The position numbers and the translations under genes were made by a program. This document shows, one piece after another, positions 18,804-33,327 of a stretch of DNA of 64,000 nt; within the stretch, counting starts at the first letter, position 1; every line of letters starts with the position of its first letter. The notes under the pieces were generated by a model. That model was not told the origin of the DNA. It did no database searches and saw nothing but the letters and a program-made list of their open reading frames with translations. The DNA is taken from NCBI GenBank assembly GCA_014686905.1, contig GCA_014686905.1_4093.1. One strand, written 5' to 3'. Source of the stretch: a phage.

Positions 18804-19521
18804 AAAGAAATTTATTCCATTTTGGATGGTCCCTGCTCACTGGGGACTTTCTGGAAAGGCAAAAGAGATAGCTAAAGCATACTACTACAATGATGATTAT
18901 GAAGCTGATATGAAAGTTGCTGAATTGACATATCTAACTCCATATGAAGTTGAAGTGGCCCAATTGGATATTAAAAAGAAATATAGCGTAATTGGAGATT
19001 TGGAATATCTAATTGCTGTACTTGATGTTGAACTAAAATATTCTAAAATTACTCGTGAACAGTATGATGTTAAAGTTCTTGATGCAAAACTAAGTATTGG
19101 AGTTATTACAGAAAAAGAATATGATATGGAAATCATTGAGTTAATGCCAGAAGGTGATGAAAAAAGGCTTAAGGCTATTGAATTTGCATATCGTTACGAT
19201 GAAATCACACAAAGTGAATATTCTAAGGAAATATACACACTTCGTAAAGAACCTTGGATTGATTTGGATGTTGTTCTTGATCCTGAAACTAATGAAGTTG
19301 AGTTTGTATTTGACTATAATGAATATTTCTGGAAAAAGTTGAAAGCTGAAGGTCATCCAGGAAATGATGAAGAAGAAATTATCGATAACTTTGTGAGAGA
19401 CTTGGGGCGTAAACTTGCTACGGATGATTTCAGTGATGATTACGACACAAAGCTGGTGAGTGCGAACGAAGGATTAGACAAGCTACCTGGTTTGCCTGAA
19501 GGATTTCGTTCATATAGATAA
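18796..19521 (+). CDS. hypothetical protein (about 241 aa; ORF opens at 18784)
   Basis: ORF overlapping the GroES stop by 8 nt. Confidence 0.45.
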   Translation: MAKKKFIPFWMVPAHWGLSGKAKEIAKAYYYNDDYEADMKVAELTYLTPYEVEVAQLDIKKKYSVIGDLEYLIAVLDVELKYSKITREQYDVKVLDAKLSIGVITEKEYDMEIIELMPEGDEKRLKAIEFAYRYDEITQSEYSKEIYTLRKEPWIDLDVVLDPETNEVEFVFDYNEYFWKKLKAEGHPGNDEEEIIDNFVRDLGRKLATDDFSDDYDTKLVSANEGLDKLPGLPEGFRSYR

Positions 19522-19524
19522 CAT

Positions 19525-19560
19525 ATAAAAAAAGGAGAGCAAATGCTCTCCTTTTCTTTT
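19525..19560. terminator. bidirectional rho-independent terminator between convergent genes
   Basis: A-run, AAGGAGAGC-AAAT-GCTCTCCTT, T-run; plus-strand gene ends at 19521, minus-strand gene ends at 19569. Confidence 0.8.
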
Positions 19561-19568
19561 GAAAAATA

Positions 19569-20258
19569 TTAAACCAATGCTGGGATGTATTGGAAAAGTT
19601 TAACACCGAAATCACCTGCTGCATCAGCAGATTGGGAACGTAGGTAAACTTCGGTAACACCATCTTTAGCAAGTAGTGGAACACCAGTTAGATCATCAAT
19701 TAGTAGACGGCCTTCTTCGGATTCAGTACTTGGTACACCTTGTGGTGATTTAAGATCTTTGTTAAAGACACCAGCACGTTCAACTAGGAAGGTAACAACA
19801 GAAGCATCAGCAATACTAACTGAACCTGCACTCAATACACCATCAGGTGCGTTGGTGAAACCAGTAACTGGAAATACTTCAAGACCATTACCTGCGATGT
19901 TAGAGGTAGCGATGATAACCGCACGTTGTTGAACAACATCGACAATACGTTTAACGTTAGTTTGTGCTGCATAAGATGCATTGTAATCAGCTTCTAGTGT
20001 GCCAAGAACAAATGCAGTTCCATCAATACGTTTGATACCTTTATCATTTAGATATGCTAGAATTTCTTCTGGAATATCAGTGTTTAGAAAACGTTGTAGA
20101 CCAGCATAAGAAGAAACTGCACCAGTAACTAGAACGTTTACGTTTCCTAGCTTACTGATAGCAATGGATGCTAGGGCGTTAGTGCCACAAAAGTAACCTA
20201 GAATACGTTCAAAGGAATAACCATTGATACGTTCAAAAGAAGTATTAGTATATGACAT
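19569..20258 (-). CDS. paralog A of a tandem pair; putative late virion structural protein
   Basis: Shares QQRAV(L/I)(V/I)(T/A)TS and F(I/L)(C/V)ER..VFNK blocks with the adjacent gene; late-type promoter elements upstream of the pair. Confidence 0.55.
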   Translation of the reverse strand: MSYTNTSFERINGYSFERILGYFCGTNALASIAISKLGNVNVLVTGAVSSYAGLQRFLNTDIPEEILAYLNDKGIKRIDGTAFVLGTLEADYNASYAAQTNVKRIVDVVQQRAVIIATSNIAGNGLEVFPVTGFTNAPDGVLSAGSVSIADASVVTFLVERAGVFNKDLKSPQGVPSTESEEGRLLIDDLTGVPLLAKDGVTEVYLRSQSADAAGDFGVKLFQYIPALV

Positions 20259-20272
20259 AATCTATCCTCCTA

Positions 20273-20872
20273 TTATAGTTGAACAGGAAGAGCAGCACGT
20301 ACTTTAATTGCTACAGCAGTAGATGCACCTGCATCACCAACACCATCAGTACCTTGACTTACGAAAGTTTTGGTACGGAAAACTTTAGCTTGAGCGATAG
20401 ACTTAGCTAGGTCAACAGTTGGATCAACTGGAGCAGGACATGCTGAACCAGGACGAACTTCTTGCTTGTTAAATACGTCTTGACGTTCACAGATGAAAGT
20501 CAATGCAACAGAATTAGCACCACCTGCTACATCAGCACCACTAGTACCGAACGCAACTACGTTTGGATTAGCATTTTTGAAATCAGCAGGAATAACAACT
20601 TCTGAATCAAGAGCTAGTAGAGAGGTAGTAACTAGAACTGCACGTTGTTGTAGTAGTTGGGTAACCATGAATAGGTTATATTGAGCATTACTTAGAGCAG
20701 TTTGATACGCTTCAGCTTGAACATCAGAACCGTCAGAAGTAACTTTGGTAGTACCTAGTTCAACATCAGTTGGTAGATCGATTACGATGGTAACGAAACC
20801 GTTATTACCACCCCACCATTCGCGAGCAACGCTAGACATACCATAGTTACGGTTAAAAGAATTAAGACTCAT
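20273..20872 (-). CDS. paralog B of a tandem pair; putative late virion structural protein
   Basis: Paralogous to 19569-20258; GGAGA RBS on the minus strand; ATAAATAA elements upstream. Confidence 0.55.
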   Translation of the reverse strand: MSLNSFNRNYGMSSVAREWWGGNNGFVTIVIDLPTDVELGTTKVTSDGSDVQAEAYQTALSNAQYNLFMVTQLLQQRAVLVTTSLLALDSEVVIPADFKNANPNVVAFGTSGADVAGGANSVALTFICERQDVFNKQEVRPGSACPAPVDPTVDLAKSIAQAKVFRTKTFVSQGTDGVGDAGASTAVAIKVRAALPVQL

Positions 20873-20974
20873 GAAAATCTCCTTGTCAAATTTTGTGCAG
20901 GTATATCCTGCTTAAAGTTATTTATCAAAAAATATCACTAGCATTTAAATTTACTGAGATATTTAATGAATTTC

Positions 20975-20990
20975 TATGATATTATTTATC
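20975..20990 (-). promoter_or_regulatory. conserved late-promoter/leader element copy C (GATAAATAATATCATA on the minus strand)
   Basis: Same 15-nt core as at 8287 and 5523; a second ATAAATAA lies about 50 nt upstream of the minus-strand start. Confidence 0.5.
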
Positions 20991-20995
20991 AAATC

Positions 20996-21024
20996 TGGGA
21001 AAGTGATTCAAGATGTGCTATAAT
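20996..21024 (+). promoter_or_regulatory. extended -10 promoter TGTGCTATAAT for the FEN gene
   Basis: TGnTATAAT at 21016-21024; weak -35. Confidence 0.5.
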
Positions 21025-21033
21025 TATCAATGA

Positions 21034-26291
<5,258 letters not shown>

Positions 26292-26303
26292 TTAAAAAAA
26301 TAT

Positions 26304-26331
26304 GGGACAGTATAAAAACCTGTGCTATAAT
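26304..26331 (+). promoter_or_regulatory. promoter GGGACA-N16-TGcTATAAT (proximal gene-32 promoter)
   Basis: Same architecture as at 36334, 42723 and 48420. Confidence 0.55.
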
Positions 26332-26418
26332 GTAAAACGTTGAAGGAACAATGAAGTTTCTGAAACATTGAAGCCAATTAACAAATAACAAAGAAACCCA
26401 AAATCAAGGAAGATATAT

Positions 26419-27471
26419 ATGAAATCTCTAGCTGAAATTCGTGCACACCTAAAAGCAGAACAAGAAAAAGCAGAAGCTCAAAAGAATGGTACATTTACTG
26501 GCGAGCGTAAAGCTGATTCGTTCTTAGCTTTCTGGAACGTACCTTATAACGAACCACTAAACCTACGTTTTCTACCAGATGCAGATGAGTCTAACCCATT
26601 CTTCTGGCGTGAACGTGACATGATTAACCTAACTTTCAATGGTGTAGTCGGTATGCACACTGATAAAGTTACCGTTCAAGTACCTTGTAACGAAATGTGG
26701 GTTCCTAAATCCTGTCCGATTCTGAAAGAAGTACGTCAATGGTTCCAAAGTGCGAATGAAACAGGGAACGAAGAACTAAAAGCAATGGCTGGTCGTTACT
26801 GGAAGAAGAAAACCTATCTAATGCAATGTTTTATTGCTCCTGATAGCGTTGCAGTAAAAGACGACATTGCACCAGAAAATCCAATTCGTCGTATTCTGGC
26901 TAACAAAGATATCTTTGATAAAGTTAAATCCATCCTGCTAAACCCAGGCATCAAAGAGTCTCCAACTCACTACGTTCAAGGTCGTGATTTTGGTATTGTT
27001 AAAACTAAGAATGGTGGTGGTTATAATAGCTACGACATGTCTCAATTCTCCATGTCTGAGCGTCCACTAAACGAAGAAGAACTAGCAGCAATTGAAAAAT
27101 ATGGCCTATACAATCTAAATGATTTTATGCCAAAACAACCAACTCCAGAAGAGTTGAAAGCAATTGAAGAAATGTTCGAAGCATCAGTAAATGGTGAAGC
27201 ATATGATCCAGCACGTTGGGCATTTGCATATCGTCCAGCAGGTGTACCAAAACCTAACTCTGGAACTGTTACTGAATCAAAACCAACTCCTGCTCCAGTA
27301 CAACAAGAGTCAGCACCTGCACCAGTAGCACCTACTGCTCCAGTTACACCAGCCCCACAAGCTGCTCCAGTAACTCCAGTCGCTACCCCAGCAGCAACCA
27401 CTCCTGAAGCACCAAAAGAACAACTATCTGCATCTGCACTAGTTGCTCGTTTGAAACAACAAGGTAAGTAA
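26419..27471 (+). CDS. 32: single-stranded DNA-binding protein (gp32-like) with Pro/Ala-rich C-terminal tail
   Basis: LRFLPDADESNPF resembles T4 gp32 IRFLPSKNDEQAPF; sits next to uvsX; RBS AAGGAAG. Confidence 0.75.
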   Translation: MKSLAEIRAHLKAEQEKAEAQKNGTFTGERKADSFLAFWNVPYNEPLNLRFLPDADESNPFFWRERDMINLTFNGVVGMHTDKVTVQVPCNEMWVPKSCPILKEVRQWFQSANETGNEELKAMAGRYWKKKTYLMQCFIAPDSVAVKDDIAPENPIRRILANKDIFDKVKSILLNPGIKESPTHYVQGRDFGIVKTKNGGGYNSYDMSQFSMSERPLNEEELAAIEKYGLYNLNDFMPKQPTPEELKAIEEMFEASVNGEAYDPARWAFAYRPAGVPKPNSGTVTESKPTPAPVQQESAPAPVAPTAPVTPAPQAAPVTPVATPAATTPEAPKEQLSASALVARLKQQGK

Positions 27472-27489
27472 TAGTTTTTGAAAAGTTAA

Positions 27490-27519
27490 GGGGCAACGGA
27501 GTTTGCCCCGTTTTATTTC
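27490..27519 (+). terminator. rho-independent terminator after gene 32
   Basis: GGGGCAA-CGGAGT-TTGCCCC followed by GTTTTATTT. Confidence 0.75.
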
Positions 27520-27540
27520 ATAAAATTCAAGGAGCGAATT

Positions 27541-28659
27541 ATGAAAATGACAAGTGGTTTTGCGAACATTCTTAAAAACAGTACTGGTAGTGTTAAAAAG
27601 AATACTGGTGTTAGTGTTGGTTTTCATGATCCAGATACATGGGTTAGTACTGGTAACTATGCACTAAATTATCGCATCAGTGGCTATTTTGACCGTGGTA
27701 TCCCACTAGGCAAAGTAACGATGTTTGCTGGTGAATCAGGTAGTGGTAAATCTTTTATCGTATCTGGTAATATTGCACGTGAAGCTCAAAAACAAGGCAT
27801 CTTTGTTGTTATGATTGACTCAGAGAACGCATTGGATTCAGATTGGCTTCAAGCACTTGGTGTTGACACTTCTGAAGAAAAACTTTTGAAAGTCAATATG
27901 GGTATGATTGGTGACGTTGCAAAATTCACCTATGAGTTCATTGAAGGATATCGTAAAGAATACGAAAATACACCTAAAGATGAACGTCAAAAAGTATTGT
28001 TTATTATTGATTCAATTGGTATGCTAAACACTGAAGTAGCCAATGATCAAATGAAAGCGGGTAACCTTAAAGGTGACATGGGTCATAAACCCAAACAGCT
28101 TAAAGCATATATCACAAACTGTGTAAACTCTATTGGTTCATTGAACATTGGTATGGTTTGCGTTAACCACAGTTATGAATCTCAGGACATGTTTAACCCA
28201 GATCCTAAAGTTTCAGGTGGTAGTGGCTTGATTTATGCTTCATCTATGGTTATCGCAATGGGTAAATTAAAACTTAAAGAAGATGAAGACGGAAATAAAA
28301 CTTCCGAAGTAAATGGTATTCGTGCTAAATGTAAAGTCATGAAGACTCGTTACAACAAGCCGTTCGAAGATGTAGAAATTAAAATTCCTTGGGATAAAGG
28401 TATGGACCCACGTAGTGGTCTACTAGATATGTTTGAAAAATACGGTCTAATCACTAAATCAGGTAACCGTCTATTGTATGTTGATATTGTAACTGGCGAA
28501 CAGATTCTAAAATATCGCAAAGAGTGGATGCGTAATGAAGATTCATGTCTTGATTTGGTAATGCATCAATTTAAAAATCATCCTTTGATTGAAGAAGTTA
28601 AAGAAGAAGAAAAAGGTGATGAAACTTTTGGTACTGATGTGGATATTAGTGAGGAATAA
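27541..28659 (+). CDS. uvsX: RecA-like recombinase UvsX
   Basis: Walker A GESGSGKS; RecA-fold length (372 aa); RBS AAGGAG. Confidence 0.88.
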   Translation: MKMTSGFANILKNSTGSVKKNTGVSVGFHDPDTWVSTGNYALNYRISGYFDRGIPLGKVTMFAGESGSGKSFIVSGNIAREAQKQGIFVVMIDSENALDSDWLQALGVDTSEEKLLKVNMGMIGDVAKFTYEFIEGYRKEYENTPKDERQKVLFIIDSIGMLNTEVANDQMKAGNLKGDMGHKPKQLKAYITNCVNSIGSLNIGMVCVNHSYESQDMFNPDPKVSGGSGLIYASSMVIAMGKLKLKEDEDGNKTSEVNGIRAKCKVMKTRYNKPFEDVEIKIPWDKGMDPRSGLLDMFEKYGLITKSGNRLLYVDIVTGEQILKYRKEWMRNEDSCLDLVMHQFKNHPLIEEVKEEEKGDETFGTDVDISEE

Positions 28660-29120
28660 TGAAACCTTGGCATTGGATTATCAAAGATGATAAATCTAAA
28701 ATTATTGAAATGATTGAGTTCTTTAACAACGAAGTTGAAGAAGCTCGTCGTGAAGTAAAGAAGATTGGCATCATTGAAAAAATTGCTCAAGAGATTCCTG
28801 GCTGGCATGAGACGCGTCTAAGCCAGCTTCAAGAACTTGAAGCAGTATTGGAAATGTTAGAAATTGAAATGCGTCAGGTACAAGCCGAGAAGTTCAAATA
28901 CTTTCTCGAAGGATACCGCCGTGCACTATCTTCATCTGACTGTAAAAAGTATGTTGAAGGTGATAAAGATGTTTGTGAGTTAGCAGAACTTATAAACGAG
29001 GTATCTTATATAAGAAATACATATTCAAGTATTGTTAAATCCTTAGAGATGAAAGCTTTTCAGTTAAACAATATTGTGAGACTACGTGCCGCTGGTATTG
29101 AGGATGCACGTTTAGAATAA
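28659..29120 (+). CDS. possible UvsY-like recombination mediator (153 aa)
   Basis: ATGA overlap with uvsX; helical; weak C-terminal resemblance to T4 UvsY; mainly positional. Confidence 0.35.
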   Translation: MKPWHWIIKDDKSKIIEMIEFFNNEVEEARREVKKIGIIEKIAQEIPGWHETRLSQLQELEAVLEMLEIEMRQVQAEKFKYFLEGYRRALSSSDCKKYVEGDKDVCELAELINEVSYIRNTYSSIVKSLEMKAFQLNNIVRLRAAGIEDARLE

Positions 29121-29129
29121 TTATCATTA

Positions 29130-29156
29130 AGGACGCATATCGCGTCCTTTTTCTAT
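29130..29156 (+). terminator. rho-independent terminator
   Basis: AGGACGC-ATAT-CGCGTCCT followed by TTTTCT. Confidence 0.75.
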
Positions 29157-29167
29157 GCGAGAATAAA

Positions 29168-29986
29168 ATGACAAAATTAAATGAGTTTTTATCAAATGTA
29201 GCAGTTCTAGATACTGAAACTACTGGGGTTGAGAGTGAAGATGATATTATTGAATTTAGTATCTCGTATCCACATACTTCACATGAAAACATTGATACTA
29301 TTGATAACTATACATTGAGATACAAACCCTTGAAAGATATTCCACCAGAGGCATCTGCTGTGCACTTTATCAGTACTGAGGATGTAGCTAATTGTGTTGG
29401 GTATAAAGATGATTTAGATAACATTGATGCACTTATGGGATGCCGTAAGTATTTTGTTGGTCATAATGTACAATTTGACCGTAGAATGATGGTAGATAAC
29501 GAATATAAATATCGTAACTCAATTTCACAGTACTTACTTGATGAAAATAAATGGATTTGTACCCTTCGTCTTGCTAAGAAAATGTTCGCAGAAGATATTG
29601 AATTTAAAAACTTAACTCTAAGTTATTTGTGGTATAAGTTTGGATGTTATCGTGATGTTCATCGACCTGTTAATGCACACGCAGCAAAAGACGATGTGTT
29701 TATGTGTTATCAGGTTCTAATCAAATTAGTTGAAATTGCAATCGAACGTGGACATATCGAACCTAATGGTGATATTGGTGAGCAAATTGTAACTTTCTGC
29801 AACACACCAATGCGTTATCAATTCATGCCATTTGGTAAACACAAAGGTGAGCCAATGAGTACAGTTCCATTGAATTACATTGAATGGATGATTACTAATA
29901 GTGACATTTTAGATGCAAGTAACCCTAACTGTGATAAAGATTTAGTATATACATTTGAGTACGAATATAATACTCGAACTAATTAA
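29168..29986 (+). CDS. DEDDh 3'-5' exonuclease (DnaQ/RNase T-like) with a C-terminal FGKHKG (DUF3820-like) extension
   Basis: Exo I VLDTETTG; Exo II HNVQFD; Exo III H..AAKDD; C-terminal FGKHKGEPMSTVPLNYIEWM. Confidence 0.75.
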   Translation: MTKLNEFLSNVAVLDTETTGVESEDDIIEFSISYPHTSHENIDTIDNYTLRYKPLKDIPPEASAVHFISTEDVANCVGYKDDLDNIDALMGCRKYFVGHNVQFDRRMMVDNEYKYRNSISQYLLDENKWICTLRLAKKMFAEDIEFKNLTLSYLWYKFGCYRDVHRPVNAHAAKDDVFMCYQVLIKLVEIAIERGHIEPNGDIGEQIVTFCNTPMRYQFMPFGKHKGEPMSTVPLNYIEWMITNSDILDASNPNCDKDLVYTFEYEYNTRTN

Positions 29987-30001
29987 TAAAGGTAATCATG
30001 G

Positions 30002-31486
30002 ATGAAAACTTGTAAGTTAACCTTATTGGATGAGGTGAATTGTAAATTTGAGGGACTTGATCCCTCAATTAGACAAAAGATGATTCGTGCAACTGAATAT
30101 GTGTTACCATATGCAAAGTTCACACCAGCAGGACGTATTGGACGTTGGGATGGTAAAGTTCAGTTTATGAATTTAGGCGGAACAACTTATTATCATATGT
30201 TAGATAAGTTATTGCCTATTCTTGATGAAGCTAAGATTGACATTGAATTAGTAGATCATAGGGTAGATTATGGATTTAAATTTGACCCCATTGATGAAGA
30301 TATTTTTAGTGATGTTGTATTCGGTGCAGGACACCACATGGAAGGTAAATCCATAAAACTACGTGAACATCAAGTTAATGCGGTTAATGCATGTTTGGCT
30401 AATCCACACGGACTGCTATTGGCAGCTACTGGTGCAGGTAAAACTCTCATTACTGCTGCATTGTCAAAGAAAGTGCAAGAGTATGGACGTTCTGTTATAA
30501 TAGTACCAAGTACTGACTTAGTACAACAAACATATGATGACTACATTATGTGTGGGTTGGATACTGGCATGTTCTATGGTTCACAAAAAGATTTTGGTCA
30601 CCAACATACTATTACGACTTGGCAATCATTTAACTCTCTATGGAAGAAAACCAAGAAAGGTGAAATTGAATTAACTGAACAAGACGTGAATGATTTTATC
30701 GATGGAGTAGTTTGTGTTATCGTTGATGAGTGTCAAGGTGCAGGCGGTGACGCATTAGTTCAAGTACTTTCTAAAGTTATGAATAACGTACCATTACGTT
30801 GGGGTCTTACTGGAACAATTCCTAAAGATCCGGTAGTTGCCGCGAAAATCAAATGTAATGTTGGTGATGTTATATTTAAAATAACTGCAAAGGAATTACA
30901 AGATAAACAAATACTAAGTACATGTAATGTGAATTGCATCAAACTAAAAAGTAGTATGAAGTTTGCATCATATGCTGAAGAGTTGAAATACTTAGTAACT
31001 GACAGAGATAGGATGGCATATGTAGCGTCATTGATATCTGCGTTATCTGAATCAGGAAACACTTTAGTTTTAGTAGATAGACTTGAAGCAGGTGAGTTGC
31101 TATGTGAATTTTTAGGCATTCCCAAATCAGAATTCGTTCGTGGAGAAACTAAAAAGAAAGATCGAGAATCATCTTATGGTGAAATTCGTTGGGCTGATAA
31201 TAAAATACTTATTGCGACATACGGCGTTGCCAGTACTGGTATTAGTATTTCAAGGTTATATAATGTAGTATTGATTGAGCCAGGAAAAAGTTTTGTAAGA
31301 ACTATACAGTCAATTGGACGTGGATTACGCCGAGCAGAAGATAAAGACCACGTAGAAATATATGATATTAGTGGTTCTAATAAGTATAGTGCTAAGCATT
31401 TACGAGAACGTTTAGCTTACTATAAGGAAGCACAATATCCTCATAGTATAATAGATGTTAAAGATTGGGAAAACACAGCGGGATAA
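30002..31486 (+). CDS. uvsW: UvsW-type SF2 helicase
   Basis: N-terminus RIGRWDGKVQF resembles T4 UvsW RYGNWDGRIRL; Walker A ATGAGKT; DExx VIVDECQ; C-terminal helicase motifs. Confidence 0.82.
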   Translation: MKTCKLTLLDEVNCKFEGLDPSIRQKMIRATEYVLPYAKFTPAGRIGRWDGKVQFMNLGGTTYYHMLDKLLPILDEAKIDIELVDHRVDYGFKFDPIDEDIFSDVVFGAGHHMEGKSIKLREHQVNAVNACLANPHGLLLAATGAGKTLITAALSKKVQEYGRSVIIVPSTDLVQQTYDDYIMCGLDTGMFYGSQKDFGHQHTITTWQSFNSLWKKTKKGEIELTEQDVNDFIDGVVCVIVDECQGAGGDALVQVLSKVMNNVPLRWGLTGTIPKDPVVAAKIKCNVGDVIFKITAKELQDKQILSTCNVNCIKLKSSMKFASYAEELKYLVTDRDRMAYVASLISALSESGNTLVLVDRLEAGELLCEFLGIPKSEFVRGETKKKDRESSYGEIRWADNKILIATYGVASTGISISRLYNVVLIEPGKSFVRTIQSIGRGLRRAEDKDHVEIYDISGSNKYSAKHLRERLAYYKEAQYPHSIIDVKDWENTAG

Positions 31487-31498
31487 ACCCGCTGTTTG
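31476..31498 (+). terminator. rho-independent terminator after uvsW
   Basis: CAGCGGG-ATAAA-CCCGCTG followed by TTTG. Confidence 0.65.
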
Positions 31499-31507
31499 TG
31501 ATATAAT
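31480..31507 (+). promoter_or_regulatory. promoter GGGATA-N16-TGaTATAAT overlapping the terminator stem
   Basis: Extended -10 at 31499-31507; -35-like element lies inside the hairpin. Confidence 0.45.
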
Positions 31508-31541
31508 GTGTCATATGACAACAACAAGGATGTAAAATAAA

Positions 31542-31970
31542 ATGGAATTGAGATCTAGTATTGCTTTTATTTGTGACCAAGAAACTTTAGAAGTTATGGA
31601 TGTATTGTTGAACGATGATGGTATTATGGATGACATGGTATCTTCTCTTGACTATATACCTGAGCTAGAAACGGATGATACTAACGTATGGAGATGTAAT
31701 ATTGATAGTGATTCTTGGATTAATATCTATGAATTACAGACACGAATTGATTCTAAAGTAGAATCATTGAAATATGATATCATCTATGCAAGTACTGACA
31801 CGAAAACTTTTATTGATGTAGTAAGTCTAAGTGGTAATTTTGATTCATATCTGGATACTGATGTAGATAAAATTCAAGAGATGTGTGAAACTTATGGACT
31901 TGAATTTTATGGGGTAGAAGACCAAGATGATGAAGAATATTATGATGACGAAGAAGATTCGCAGTACTAA
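31542..31970 (+). CDS. hypothetical acidic protein (142 aa)
   Basis: ORF with RBS; D/E-rich C-terminus. Confidence 0.5.
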   Translation: MELRSSIAFICDQETLEVMDVLLNDDGIMDDMVSSLDYIPELETDDTNVWRCNIDSDSWINIYELQTRIDSKVESLKYDIIYASTDTKTFIDVVSLSGNFDSYLDTDVDKIQEMCETYGLEFYGVEDQDDEEYYDDEEDSQY

Positions 31971-31979
31971 GGAGATGAC

Positions 31980-32477
31980 ATGAACGTATTAACACCTGAA
32001 AATAATTCTTTTGACATGGATTTAGTAACAGAACATATCCCTGAAGAAATGTATTGTGTTTTGGATCTAAGCCCAAATGGTGAATCTGATTTTTATTTTA
32101 GACATATTCTAAACACCGTATCATTTAATAGTATTAGTGCTGATCTTCAAATTGGTGAAAAGATTATTCAAGTGCCTCTAGGATGGCAAATTATGTTAGG
32201 TGATGAAGAAACTGGTATGGTTGAGATGTGTACAATTGAAAACATTCTTAACATGAAAGAACCAAAAGCTTTTGTTTACAATCCTATCCGTTCAATGTAT
32301 CCTAAGTTTGAACCAGTCAAAGTACTACGTGTATTTGCATTAACTACAAAGTGGCAGATACCAATGTTACCTAAAAAGAATTTACTATGCGTCCCACTAC
32401 ATAGTGGTGAAAATCCACCATGTGTGTACTTTGCAGATGAAAACGAAAAAATTCAAGATTTGTATCTAGGAGTATAA
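31980..32477 (+). CDS. hypothetical protein (165 aa)
   Basis: ORF; GGAGATGA context before the ATG. Confidence 0.5.
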   Translation: MNVLTPENNSFDMDLVTEHIPEEMYCVLDLSPNGESDFYFRHILNTVSFNSISADLQIGEKIIQVPLGWQIMLGDEETGMVEMCTIENILNMKEPKAFVYNPIRSMYPKFEPVKVLRVFALTTKWQIPMLPKKNLLCVPLHSGENPPCVYFADENEKIQDLYLGV

Positions 32478-32481
32478 AATA

Positions 32482-33327
32482 GTGTTTGATTTCAGTGATA
32501 TTAAAAATAAGTCGGTCGATGATGATGAAAAACCAACACAGCATTCTTTTTCTATTGCTGAATTTCTAAAACACATTGACCGTGCTGATTATAAGTACTA
32601 TAATGACATGACCGAAAAAGAACGAAAAGAGTTTACTCCATATACTGTTTTGCGATGGGTAAGCTCTTTAGATGATTCGTTACAAGTAACCTACCCTAGT
32701 AGTAAAGTTGAAAGTGTATTTGGAAAATGGAAATCTGGTGGTAAAGAAGCACTGACTGAACTAGTTACTGAATTAAAGTCTTCAGGGACAAATGTTTCAT
32801 CAGTAACTAAGTACTGTCATAGTGATTATGATTGGCGTATTAAATTTGCAGTCCAATCAAAAGATGACGCACAAAAATTAATATCCTCAATGGTCGAATT
32901 TGGCGTATCAGGTTCAGAAATTGTTTCATTAGTAGATACTGAAGTTGTCAAATACCAACTTATTATGCTAAATGATATGGTTAATGATGGATTTTGGGAT
33001 ATGAAAGAACATCCAGAATTAGTATATCAGCTTATGTGTTCAGTCCATGATATGATTGGTGGACAAGAAATGCCACGTAACTGGTTAAACTTTTCTAAGA
33101 ATTTCAAAAAGGCAAATAACGAATTATTTGAGTTAATTAAAAGCTCACAACCTGATACTATATCTACTCAAATGAATGAAGATGAGTACAAAATTGTTCT
33201 ATTGCAGTATGATAAAAAAACATTTGAGACATTTCTTGACAATAATGGTTTTCAAGATAATGAAAAGAAATCTATGATGAAATTGTTTAAAGAAGAATGT
33301 AAAAAATATGGCAAAGAAATCAAGTAA
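32482..33327 (+). CDS. hypothetical protein (281 aa, apparent GTG start)
   Basis: AGGAG 9 nt before the GTG at 32482. Confidence 0.45.
   Translation: MFDFSDIKNKSVDDDEKPTQHSFSIAEFLKHIDRADYKYYNDMTEKERKEFTPYTVLRWVSSLDDSLQVTYPSSKVESVFGKWKSGGKEALTELVTELKSSGTNVSSVTKYCHSDYDWRIKFAVQSKDDAQKLISSMVEFGVSGSEIVSLVDTEVVKYQLIMLNDMVNDGFWDMKEHPELVYQLMCSVHDMIGGQEMPRNWLNFSKNFKKANNELFELIKSSQPDTISTQMNEDEYKIVLLQYDKKTFETFLDNNGFQDNEKKSMMKLFKEECKKYGKEIK

Noticed and set aside
27042-27401. Minus-strand ORF inside the gene-32 C-terminal region
   Set aside because: Antisense reading of the Pro/Ala-rich codon repeats; Gly/Ala-rich artefact.
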